From the NCBI GenBank assembly GCA_019752015.1, contig JAIEMQ010000002.1, forward strand, positions 31,869-95,868: a DNA stretch of 64,000 nucleotides. Direction: 5' to 3'. The notes under the pieces are model-generated. The model was not told where the DNA came from and did not search any database. It saw only the letters and a program-made list of their open reading frames with translations. This DNA comes from Cyanobacteriota bacterium (GTDB lineage: Bacteria > Acidobacteriota > Vicinamibacteria > Vicinamibacterales > UBA2999). Position numbers and translations under genes: made by a program. Below are positions 55,902 through 64,000 of this stretch, piece after piece (the stretch's first letter is position 1; every line of letters starts with the position of its first letter).

Positions 55902-56019
55902 CGAAAAACGAAGAACGAAGAACGAAAAACGAAGAACGAAAAACGAAGAACGAAAAACGAAGAACGAAGAACGAAGAACGAAAAACGAAAAACGAAAAAC
56001 GAAGAACGAAAAACGAAAA
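55901..56019 (+). repeat. Heptamer tandem repeat (ACGAARA)x17
   Basis: 17 consecutive ACGAAAA/ACGAAGA units counted from the DUF58 stop codon. Confidence 0.95.
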
Positions 56020-56026
56020 ACAGACG

Positions 56027-57193
56027 ATGAGAATCCTCGTATTCGTGACGTTTTTGATGACAGGCAGTGCGGCATTCGCCCAAGCCCCAAGCCCCACGTC
56101 CCAGGCCCCTGTGGACATGGTCGAAGTCGAGCCGATCACCTGCTGGTGGCGGACCTCGACGAGCGCGGTGCGAATCGGCGAGTCGTTCGGACTGACGCTG
56201 ACGTGCTCGGTCGTCGAGACCGAGACCAACAAGGTCGTGCCCGACTTTTCGAAGCTCGACCCGACGGTCGTGCAGTTGCCGCCGTTCGAAGTCCTGGGTG
56301 GCGGCGCGCGCGCGGGCGATCTGGTGACGCCCGGCAAGCGGTTTTTCCAGTACGACTATCGCCTTCGGCTGATCGCGGAGGACGCGTTCGGCAACGACGT
56401 GCCGATTCCGCCGCTCGAGATTTCGTATCGCATCGAGAGCAAGGTGCAGGGCGGCGACACGACGCAGGGCCGCGACCAGTCGTATGCGCTGCCGCGCGCG
56501 TCGGTGCGGTTGATCTCGCTCGTGCCCGACGACACCAGCGACATCCGCGAAGCGCCGGCGGCAATGTTCACGGCGATCGAGAATCGCGAGTCGCGCGCCA
56601 ACATCATGCAGACGGTGGCCGGCGTGCTGTTCGGCCTGGCCGGCGTCATCGCGCTCGTGATGCTGATCGGCATGATTCGCCGCAAGACGCCGAAGTCGGC
56701 GGCGGCGGCCGCGCATCTTGGGCCGCGCACCATCCTTGGCGCCGTCTCGAAGGAGCTCGACGAAGTGCAGCGCGCCAGCCGCGGCGGCTGGACACCGGAG
56801 CTGGTCGGACGCGCGCTCGCGGCCTTGCGCATCGCGGGCGCCTACGCCACGCGCCGCTCCATTGGCCAGCGCCCGGCACTGCCAGGCGAGACGCCCCAGG
56901 AGGGCGTGATCGTCGTGCGCTCGTTCGGACGCGGCGAAGTGTTCGTCTCGGGAGCGGCGACGACGGAGACGGCGGCATTCGCGAATGCGCCGGGCGGATT
57001 GTCGGACGCACTGAAGACGCTGACGGTCGCGCGATACGGGCGCGCCGAAAAGTTCGACTCGATGGCGGACGAGGCCGTGCAGACGGCGATCCGCATCACC
57101 AGGGAACAGCAGTCCGCGCACTCGCTGATTCGCGAATGGGGATCGTCGTTCTCCGCATCGGTCGTCGATCTCAGAAAAAAAGTGTGGTCGTGA
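56027..57193 (+). CDS. MxaA/BatD-like membrane-anchored protein
   Basis: Signal peptide, beta-rich domain (VRIGESFGLTLTC), one TM helix, cytoplasmic helices; position in the operon. In-frame alternative ATG at 55898. Confidence 0.6.
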   Translation: MRILVFVTFLMTGSAAFAQAPSPTSQAPVDMVEVEPITCWWRTSTSAVRIGESFGLTLTCSVVETETNKVVPDFSKLDPTVVQLPPFEVLGGGARAGDLVTPGKRFFQYDYRLRLIAEDAFGNDVPIPPLEISYRIESKVQGGDTTQGRDQSYALPRASVRLISLVPDDTSDIREAPAAMFTAIENRESRANIMQTVAGVLFGLAGVIALVMLIGMIRRKTPKSAAAAAHLGPRTILGAVSKELDEVQRASRGGWTPELVGRALAALRIAGAYATRRSIGQRPALPGETPQEGVIVVRSFGRGEVFVSGAATTETAAFANAPGGLSDALKTLTVARYGRAEKFDSMADEAVQTAIRITREQQSAHSLIREWGSSFSASVVDLRKKVWS

Positions 57194-57213
57194 GGTCGTG
57201 AGGTCGTGAATTA

Positions 57214-58317
57214 ATGCAGTTCTTTCGTGATGTGATCGGGATCATCGAGGCCACGTGGGCCGAGTGGGGCGACATCCGCCTTGATCGGCTGCTCTATTCG
57301 GAGGTGACCACCGCGCGGCAGATCCTGATCGCGCTGATCGGTCTCGCGGCGATCTTCATGGTGATCCGCTCGTTCGGCAATCGCAACCCGGGCCATCACC
57401 GGATGGCGCTGCCGGCGCTCGTGAAGGGATCGGGTTGGTCGCGGGCGTCGCTGTCGCGACACGGCGCGTTGATGCTGGCGCTCGCGGGGCTGCCGTTCTT
57501 CATCATCGCGCTGGCGGATCCGCGAACCGCGCTGACGCGATCGGAAACGACGTTTCCCGGCCGCCGCATCGCGCTGCTGATCGACGCGTCATCGAGCATG
57601 CTGTCGGCGTTGCCGTCGACCACGCTCGCGAAGGGCGCGCCCAATAACGCGGCGTTCTTCACCACGGTCGGCGCGGCGCGATACTTCATCGAGCGCCGCA
57701 TGTCGGGCAAGTATCGCGACCTGATGGCGCTCGTCGAGTTCGGTGACGATGCCTATGTCATCACGCCGTTTACGACCGACTACGAAAACATCCTGCTCAG
57801 CACCGCGTTGATCGGCGACTGGAACGAATTCATGGCGTTCCCGGATCAAGGAACGGTGGTGGCCCGCGCGGTCGATCAAGCGGTCGGGTTGTTCAACGCC
57901 TTCGATTACCTCGACGCCTCCGGCAACCTGATGGTGATCTTCACCGACGGCGCCGACGCGGACGTGCTCGAGAACGGCAAGACGGTTGACGATGTGCTGG
58001 CCGAAGCGCAGAAGGCGAAGATCCCGGTCTACCTGATCAAGATCGGCGGCAACATCCAGAACAAGCGCAGCGTCGCCGACGAGTTGTGGATTGGGGCCGT
58101 CAAGAAGACCGGCGGCGAATTTTTCTCCGGCGGCGACGAGGCGACGATCATCAGGGCGATCCAGGCGATCGATCGGCGCGCCGCCGGCAAGATCGAGATG
58201 AAGCAATACAGCACCGAGCGGCCGCGCTACGCGCCGTTTGCCATGACGGCGGCGCTGCTGTGGTGCGCGGCGCTGTTGTTGCGTTTCACGATTCCGACGT
58301 TCCAGACGTTTCCGTGA
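57214..58317 (+). CDS. VWA-domain membrane protein (MxaC/BatA-like)
   Basis: ALADP, MIDAS motif DASSS, ITPFTTD, IFTDG. Confidence 0.85.
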   Translation: MQFFRDVIGIIEATWAEWGDIRLDRLLYSEVTTARQILIALIGLAAIFMVIRSFGNRNPGHHRMALPALVKGSGWSRASLSRHGALMLALAGLPFFIIALADPRTALTRSETTFPGRRIALLIDASSSMLSALPSTTLAKGAPNNAAFFTTVGAARYFIERRMSGKYRDLMALVEFGDDAYVITPFTTDYENILLSTALIGDWNEFMAFPDQGTVVARAVDQAVGLFNAFDYLDASGNLMVIFTDGADADVLENGKTVDDVLAEAQKAKIPVYLIKIGGNIQNKRSVADELWIGAVKKTGGEFFSGGDEATIIRAIQAIDRRAAGKIEMKQYSTERPRYAPFAMTAALLWCAALLLRFTIPTFQTFP

Positions 58318-58318
58318 G

Positions 58319-58369
58319 TGTAGAGGCGCCTGTAGAGGCGGTTGTAGAGGCGGGACTTTAGTCCCGCCT
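58319..58369 (+). repeat. GTAG-type REP with triplicated 5' end
   Basis: TGTAGAGGCG x3 at 12-nt period, then AGGCGGGAC-TTTA-GTCCCGCCT. Confidence 0.8.
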
Positions 58370-58380
58370 GGGATAACGAC

Positions 58381-59034
58381 ATGAAATCATCTACGTGGTT
58401 CGGACAGTTAATCATCGCGATTCTCCTCGTGGCCGCCGGCGCGATCCTGTGGCGGTCGTCGGAATATGAGCGGCGTCTCGCGGCGGCGGAGCGCGACCTC
58501 GTGACGCTGAAGTACGAGGACGCGGCGGAAGCGGCGGCGCAGCCGGCCGGACGCCTGGCCAACCTGATGCCGATGTCGCCTGCGGCCGCGGACGCGAAGG
58601 CGCTCGCATCGACCGCCGGCTACTGGCACGGCGATTACGACAAGGCGATCGAGAATCCCGACGCGAAGCTGCTCGCGGCGAACGCGCAGTTCCGCAAGAT
58701 TCGCGAGCAGGGCGGATCGTGGCAGGCGGTCGTCGGCCGCATGGATTCGCTCGTCAAGCAGTACGCGGAAATCCTCCGCGACGATCCGACCAACGCCGAA
58801 GCGGCGTTCAACTACGAATACATCGTCCGGCTGCGCGCGGTGTTCGCGGCGAGGAAGCTGCCGGTGCCGCCGTTCGACGCGAGAGGCAGCGGCCTGACCG
58901 TTCACGGCTTCGCCGGCGCGCCGCCGGAAGAGTCGGAAATGAAGAAGTTCAAGATGATCGTGCCGATGCGTCCCGACGAGCGTCTCGAAGCCGAGAAAGC
59001 GGGCAAGGGCACGACCAAGGTTCGTAAGGGATAA
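58381..59034 (+). CDS. MxaK-like TPR-type membrane protein
   Basis: N-terminal TM helix; YAEILRDDPTNAEAAFNYE resembles the MxaK/BatC motif; lies between two VWA genes. Confidence 0.6.
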   Translation: MKSSTWFGQLIIAILLVAAGAILWRSSEYERRLAAAERDLVTLKYEDAAEAAAQPAGRLANLMPMSPAAADAKALASTAGYWHGDYDKAIENPDAKLLAANAQFRKIREQGGSWQAVVGRMDSLVKQYAEILRDDPTNAEAAFNYEYIVRLRAVFAARKLPVPPFDARGSGLTVHGFAGAPPEESEMKKFKMIVPMRPDERLEAEKAGKGTTKVRKG

Positions 59035-59052
59035 CGGAATCTCTTGACCTGT

Positions 59053-59095
59053 TGATCTTGTGATCTTGTGATCTTGTGATCTGGTGATCTTGTGA
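59053..59095 (+). repeat. Octamer tandem repeat (TGATCTTG)x5
   Basis: The array runs into and supplies the GTG start at 59092. Confidence 0.88.
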
Positions 59096-60192
59096 GGTTC
59101 GGCGCTCCAGCGTTTTTGCCGTTGCTGGCGATTCCCGCCGCATTACTCCTGCTGTGGTGTTGGCAGTTGTGGCGCCGGCGCGCGGACGCGCGCGCGTTCA
59201 TGCGGCGCCGCCAGGTTCCGGTCGACGAGCGCATTCCGTTTTTCGGCGAGCTGCTGTTCTGGTTTTTCCTCGTCCTCGCGTCGGGAGCCGCGATCCTCGC
59301 GCTCGCCAAGCCGCAGGCCGTCACGAATCTGGTGCGGACCGCGGGGGTCGATCTCGTCATCCTGCAGGACGGCTCGGCGTCGATGCACGTCACCGACGTC
59401 AAGGGCGATCGCTGGCAGCGATCGATGAGGTTCCTGCGCACGCTCGGCGAAGCGCTGCGTTGGGAAAACGATCGCGTCGCCATGGCGCTGTTCGCGCACA
59501 TGGCGACGCCGCAGATCCGGTTGACCAAGGATCCCAACACCTATTTCTTCTTCCTCGATCACCTCGAGGACAAGTCGCCGTTCCGGCTCGAAGACGATGG
59601 CACGTGGGACACCAACATCGAGCGCGGCATCTACTGGGGCCTGCGGTTGATCGAGAAGGACGAGGAGATCCGCGGCAGCGCCGGCTTGTCGAAGAAGGGG
59701 CCGGTGCCGGACGCGGACAACTCGAAGGCGTTCGTGCTGATCTCCGACGGCCAGTCATGGAGCGGCGAGGTCGCGAAGTCGCTGGCGCTCGCCCAGGGCC
59801 GCGGCATTCCGTTGAGCGTGGTCGGCGTCGGCACGACCGCGGGCGGCATCATTCCGGATCCGAAGCGAGAGACCAATTCTCCGGTGGTGCGCTCGATCCT
59901 GAATCGCGCCGAGCTGACGCGCATCGCGACCGCCGGCGGCGGCCGCTATTACGAGCTCGATCGCGAAACCGATCGCGAGATCGCCAACCAGATCATCGAT
60001 CAGACACGCCGCCGCGCCGGCACCACCGGCATCCAGGAAGGCACGCGTGAGCTGTATTGGAATTTCCTGTTCGCCGCCGGCATCTTCCTCGCGCTCGGCG
60101 TCCTGTTCCTGCGCGACCGAGTCGCCCTCGCCCTGCAGCTCGCCGCCGCCGTTGCAGTGTTCCTGTTCGTGCAAGCGACTTTCACTCGATAG
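59092..60192 (+). CDS. VWA-domain membrane protein (MxaL/BatB-like)
   Basis: LALAKP, QDGSASM, LISDG, VGVGTTAGG, L..IATAGGGRY. Confidence 0.85.
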   Translation: MRFGAPAFLPLLAIPAALLLLWCWQLWRRRADARAFMRRRQVPVDERIPFFGELLFWFFLVLASGAAILALAKPQAVTNLVRTAGVDLVILQDGSASMHVTDVKGDRWQRSMRFLRTLGEALRWENDRVAMALFAHMATPQIRLTKDPNTYFFFLDHLEDKSPFRLEDDGTWDTNIERGIYWGLRLIEKDEEIRGSAGLSKKGPVPDADNSKAFVLISDGQSWSGEVAKSLALAQGRGIPLSVVGVGTTAGGIIPDPKRETNSPVVRSILNRAELTRIATAGGGRYYELDRETDREIANQIIDQTRRRAGTTGIQEGTRELYWNFLFAAGIFLALGVLFLRDRVALALQLAAAVAVFLFVQATFTR

Positions 60193-60194
60193 GG

Positions 60195-60780
60195 CCACGG
60201 AGACACGGAGGCACGGAGAGCATTTTTTGCTATCGCCCTCAGTGTCCTTAGACGCGAAATCTGCAAATTTGAAACGGTTGTTTGCGGCATTAGTGCGGGT
60301 TCTAGCCTCTAGCTCTAGCGCGGCACCATCCATGCTCCTAAGAAGACATGGATCACGAAGTTGACCTCACGGAGCAAATCATCGGCTGCGCGATTGAGGT
60401 GCATCGAGCACTTGGACCAGGCCTGCTCGAAAGCGCTTACAAGCGGGCGTTGTGCATTGAGTTGAAGCATCACCAGCTTCATTTTGAGCGTGAGAAACGC
60501 ATTCCGCTTCAGTACCGCGGCGCACGCTTGGGCGATTACTACGTCGACCTCATCGTCGCCAAACGCGTCGTCGTTGAAGTCAAGAGCGTGTTGCAGTGGG
60601 AACCGGTGTTCGAAGCGCAAATCCTGACGTATCTTCGAATCACGGGCGTCCGAGTCGGTCTGCTGATGAACTTCAACAAGAGCGTGTTGAAAGCCGGTAT
60701 GAAGCGGTTTGTCTTGTAGGCCGCGGCTAAGCGGCACTGGCGTTTAGAAGACAGGTCTCCGTGTCTCCGTGCCTCCGTGG
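60195..60780. mobile_element. Candidate element: GxxExxY gene bounded by inverted (CACGGAGR)x3 arrays
   Basis: 60195-60219 versus the reverse complement of 60756-60780: 23/25 identical; mobility is inferred only. Confidence 0.5.
60348..60719 (+). CDS. GxxExxY protein (PD-(D/E)XK nuclease superfamily)
   Basis: LGPGLLESAY, VDLIV...VVVEVKS, AQILTYL, GLLMNF. Confidence 0.93.
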   Translation: MDHEVDLTEQIIGCAIEVHRALGPGLLESAYKRALCIELKHHQLHFEREKRIPLQYRGARLGDYYVDLIVAKRVVVEVKSVLQWEPVFEAQILTYLRITGVRVGLLMNFNKSVLKAGMKRFVL

Positions 60781-60799
60781 TGCGTTTATACTGCGCGCC

Positions 60800-63217
60800 A
60801 TGGACGTTCTGTCTGACTTGAGGATCGCCGCGCGCGGGTTGATGCGCAGCAAAGGCTTTGCGATCGCCGGCGCAATCACGCTCGCGCTCGGCATCGCCGC
60901 CACCACCACAATCTTCAGCGTCGTCTACGGCGTGCTGCTGCGGCCGCTCCCCTATCGCGACGCCGACCGCCTGGTCGTGATCCAGGGCGAGAAGGCGTAT
61001 TCGACCGGCCCGCGCATCATGAATTTCTCCGCGCCGGAGCTGGAGCCATTTGTGGCGTCCGCGAAGGCATTTTCGTCGATCGCGTTCTCAGGCAGAAGTT
61101 TCCTCTCGCTACGTAACGACTCCGGTGTGCGCGGCGTGCCGGTGGCGACCGTATCCGGCGAGTTCTTCCAGACGCTTGGCACCAATCCGATAGTTGGCCG
61201 CGTCATCGGCGACGAGAAGGAGCCGGTCGTCGTAATCAGTGAGCGCTTTTGGCGGCAGGTCTTCGCATCTTCGCCAGACGTACTGGGACAATCCGTGACG
61301 CTCGCAGACGGTCCAACCATCGAGCGCACTTACACGATTGTCGGCGTGATGCCGGCGGAATTCCAGGTGCCGGATCCGAGGCTGGACGTCTGGCGGACGC
61401 TCGCATTTGCGCGCGCGACCGGTGATGGCCGGATCCGAGAGCTGGGTGTCGGCGGACATCAAATTTACGCGCGCCTCAAAGAGGGCGTCTCGCTCGAGGC
61501 CGCTCGCGCCGACGCCTCCGCGACCGTCGACCGCGTGCTCAAGCCGCACTTCACCAACAGCCGCATCGACATGTATGCGAAGACCACGCCTCTCAGCGAG
61601 TTCGTCCGCGGCACGATCGGGCCGGCGCTGTGGGTGCTGATGGGCGCGGTCACCCTGGTGCTGCTCGTCGCATGCGCGAATGTCGCCAACCTGATCCTCG
61701 CGAGACAAACGTCGCGCGCGAGGGAAATCTCGATGCGGCTCGCGCTGGGCGCTCCGCGCGGCCGTCTGATCGCCTGTCTGATGACTGAAGGCGCGATGCT
61801 CGCGGTCGCCGGTGCGGTCGCGGGCGTCGCGATGGCGTTCGGCGCGATCGCCCTGCTCCAATACATGGAGCCGTCCCAAGTCACGCGGCTTGATGCGGTG
61901 GCGGTCGATCTACCGGTAATCGTTTTCGCGAGCACCGTCACGATGGCGTCGGCGTTGCTGGCCTCGCTGTCGCCGGCAGTCCTGGCCACCAGAACCGATG
62001 CCGCATCGGCGCTTCGCGCCGGCACTCGCGGCGTTGCCGCGCCTGGCATGGTCCGGTGGCTGCGCTCAGCGCTCGTGGTCGCGGAAATCGCAACGTCGAT
62101 CATCTTGATCGTCGGCGCCGCGCTGCTGGCGCGAAGCCTGTCGGCGCTGCTCAATACCGATATCGGCGTCAACACTGAAAACGTCATTGCGGCGAATCTC
62201 GACATGGCACCGAGGCCGGGCCAGCCCTCCGATGAGGCTCGGCGGCGCCAGATTGCCAACGACCTGCAGGCGAGGCTCGCTGCGCTTCCGACGGTCTCCG
62301 CGGTTGGCATCGGTAGCGCGGTGCCGCCATCACTCGAGCAGATGCGGGTCAGCTTCATCCTCTCAAACGGCAAGTCGAGCGATTCGCACATGGTGACGAT
62401 GGTGCCGGCAAGCCCCGGCTATTTCACCGCATTGCAAATTCGCCTGGTCGCCGGCCGCCTGTTCGAGGATCGTGACGACGCGCTCGCCGAACCGGTGGTG
62501 ATCGTCAGCCGCGAGGCGGCCCGGCGGTTTTTCGGCAATGATGATCCCCTTGGCCGCACGCTGCCGTTGATGGGCAAGCAAGTGACGATCGTGGGTGTCG
62601 TCGACAACGTCAAGTACACGGGGATCGCCTCGGGCCCGGAGAGCGTCTTATATGCGCCGTACGCGCAACAACCGGTGATGATGTCGGTGCTGTTCGCGCG
62701 CACGACCGGGGATCCCGGCCAGACTGCCGCCGACATCCGCCGCCTGATCATGTCGTACGACTCGGCGATCGGCGTCCCCCGGTTATGGACGTTGAACCAA
62801 TGGATCGCAGACGCCACGGCTCAGCCAAGATTCCGAACGATTCTACTCAGCTCGATCGCGGTGATCACACTGTGCCTCGCCATCATCGGGCTCTACGGCG
62901 TGATCGCGTATGCGACGTCGCAGCGCACATCTGAGATTGGCCTGCGCATCGCGATCGGCGCGCAGCGCGGCGATGTCATCAGGCTGGTATTAAGTGAAGG
63001 CGCCAGGCTGGCGGGCGCGGGCATCATCCTCGGCCTCGCCGGGTCGTATTGGGCGACGCAGCTGTTGTCGTCATTTCTCTACGGCGTCACTGCCACCGAC
63101 CCGGCCGCGTTCGGCGCCGCCGCGATCACGTTATTCTTCGTCGCCCTCCTGGCGACATACCTCCCCGCCCGGCGAGCGGCGCGTATCGACCCGATGACCG
63201 CACTCAGAACCGAATAA
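60800..63217 (+). CDS. ADOP-type duplicated ABC permease (MacB/FtsX domains)
   Basis: LALGIAATTTIFS..LLRPLPY, LLVACANVANL, EIGLRIAIGA, ARRAARIDPMTALRTE. Confidence 0.92.
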   Translation: MDVLSDLRIAARGLMRSKGFAIAGAITLALGIAATTTIFSVVYGVLLRPLPYRDADRLVVIQGEKAYSTGPRIMNFSAPELEPFVASAKAFSSIAFSGRSFLSLRNDSGVRGVPVATVSGEFFQTLGTNPIVGRVIGDEKEPVVVISERFWRQVFASSPDVLGQSVTLADGPTIERTYTIVGVMPAEFQVPDPRLDVWRTLAFARATGDGRIRELGVGGHQIYARLKEGVSLEAARADASATVDRVLKPHFTNSRIDMYAKTTPLSEFVRGTIGPALWVLMGAVTLVLLVACANVANLILARQTSRAREISMRLALGAPRGRLIACLMTEGAMLAVAGAVAGVAMAFGAIALLQYMEPSQVTRLDAVAVDLPVIVFASTVTMASALLASLSPAVLATRTDAASALRAGTRGVAAPGMVRWLRSALVVAEIATSIILIVGAALLARSLSALLNTDIGVNTENVIAANLDMAPRPGQPSDEARRRQIANDLQARLAALPTVSAVGIGSAVPPSLEQMRVSFILSNGKSSDSHMVTMVPASPGYFTALQIRLVAGRLFEDRDDALAEPVVIVSREAARRFFGNDDPLGRTLPLMGKQVTIVGVVDNVKYTGIASGPESVLYAPYAQQPVMMSVLFARTTGDPGQTAADIRRLIMSYDSAIGVPRLWTLNQWIADATAQPRFRTILLSSIAVITLCLAIIGLYGVIAYATSQRTSEIGLRIAIGAQRGDVIRLVLSEGARLAGAGIILGLAGSYWATQLLSSFLYGVTATDPAAFGAAAITLFFVALLATYLPARRAARIDPMTALRTE

Positions 63218-63249
63218 AAATAGTGCTCCGTCCACGCTATATTTAGAGT

Positions 63250-63858
63250 GTGCGTCGCTTCCTGATCGTCGCGGGTGTGTTCTTGAGCGCGTGCGGCTCG
63301 CAGCCGAAGGAAGAAGACTACATCGCGAAGATTTCCGCGATTCGCGCCGCCAAGGACGAGAGCTTCAAGACCGATCCGGATTCGCCGATTCCCGCCGACA
63401 AGAAGTCGACGCTGCTGCCGCTCGCGTACTATCCGATTGATGAACGCTACGCGGTGCCGGCGTCGCTCGAACCGTCGGCCGACCGCTCGCGCATCGAGGT
63501 GCCGACATCGATCGGAAAAATCCGGCAGCTCGAACGGATCGGCGCGCTCAAGTTCTCGCTGAAGGGGCAACCACTGCGATTGACGGCGTTCCGGGACCTG
63601 GAATCGCAGGGTGTCAATCGGCTGTTCGTGCCGTTCGCCGATCAAACCAGCGGCACTGAAACGTATCAAGCCGGCCGATACATGGAGCTCGATCCCACTC
63701 CAACCGGCATCTACGTCGTCGACTTCAATGTCGCTTACAACCCGTACTGCTACTACAGCCCCGAGTACGACTGCCCCTTCCCGCCCAAGGAGAACCGGCT
63801 CGAGGTGCCGATCCGCGCCGGCGAGAGGATGCAAAAGGCGGACATCAGCACTCCATGA
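63250..63858 (+). CDS. DUF1684 lipoprotein
   Basis: Lipobox LSAC; DQTSGTETYQAGRY; DFNVAYNPYC..CPFPP. Confidence 0.88.
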   Translation: MRRFLIVAGVFLSACGSQPKEEDYIAKISAIRAAKDESFKTDPDSPIPADKKSTLLPLAYYPIDERYAVPASLEPSADRSRIEVPTSIGKIRQLERIGALKFSLKGQPLRLTAFRDLESQGVNRLFVPFADQTSGTETYQAGRYMELDPTPTGIYVVDFNVAYNPYCYYSPEYDCPFPPKENRLEVPIRAGERMQKADISTP

Positions 63859-64000
63859 TCAGGGATCAGGGATCAGGGATCGGGGATCAGGGAAGAGCTG
63901 TCGCGGATCTCCATGCGATCGTGTTCGACTTCGACGGCGTGATCGCCGACAGCGAGCGCCTGCACCTGCGCTCCTACCAGGAGATCCTCGCGCCCGAAGG
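63855..64000 (+). CDS. HAD-family hydrolase, 5' part (runs off the window)
   Basis: ATGA overlap; translation reaches AIVFDFDGVIADSE (HAD motif I). Confidence 0.8.
   Translation, partial: MIRDQGSGIGDQGRAVADLHAIVFDFDGVIADSERLHLRSYQEILAPE
63857..63891 (+). repeat. Heptamer tandem repeat (GATCAGG)x5
   Basis: Starts at the ATGA junction and is read in frame into the HAD gene. Confidence 0.9.

Noticed and set aside
55901-56019. Possible CRISPR array
   Set aside because: Contiguous 7-nt units with no spacers; no cas genes in the window.

Overview
This is a high-GC bacterial chromosomal window. Gene content (ADOP-type duplicated permease, many secreted beta-propellers, cytochrome c fusions) suggests Acidobacteriota, probably Vicinamibacterales; that is an inference. 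It holds about 53 genes. In order: housekeeping genes (GNAT, YqeY, murJ, MFS, rhomboid, fused E1 alpha/beta); an ABC exporter; a divergent exopolysaccharide locus (PelF-like GT4, membrane-fusion protein, Agd3-like deacetylase, PelG-like and other membrane proteins, spherulin-4/Sph3-like hydrolase); a Bacillus-type FadR-fadN-fadA-fadE operon with a clear operator; a lower-GC island (1282-aa secreted beta-helix protein, GT-C-like protein, gene remnant, RHH/PIN toxin-antitoxin pair); a pseudokinase-FHA-kinase-TPR/NHL-PEGA/PDZ operon; periplasmic enzymes including a heme c/copper-monooxygenase-like and a PAL-like protein; an mxaRSACKL-like MoxR/VWA operon; and a GxxExxY gene. The most striking non-genic signal is a dense set of 7-9-nt tandem repeats at gene junctions. 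Several form inverted pairs that bracket a single gene (GxxExxY, a mini-LemA) or almost nothing. Three palindromic repeat families are also inserted in frame inside enzymes. No rRNA, tRNA, CRISPR array, integrase or transposase was seen. All family calls come from motifs read by eye, not from database searches.
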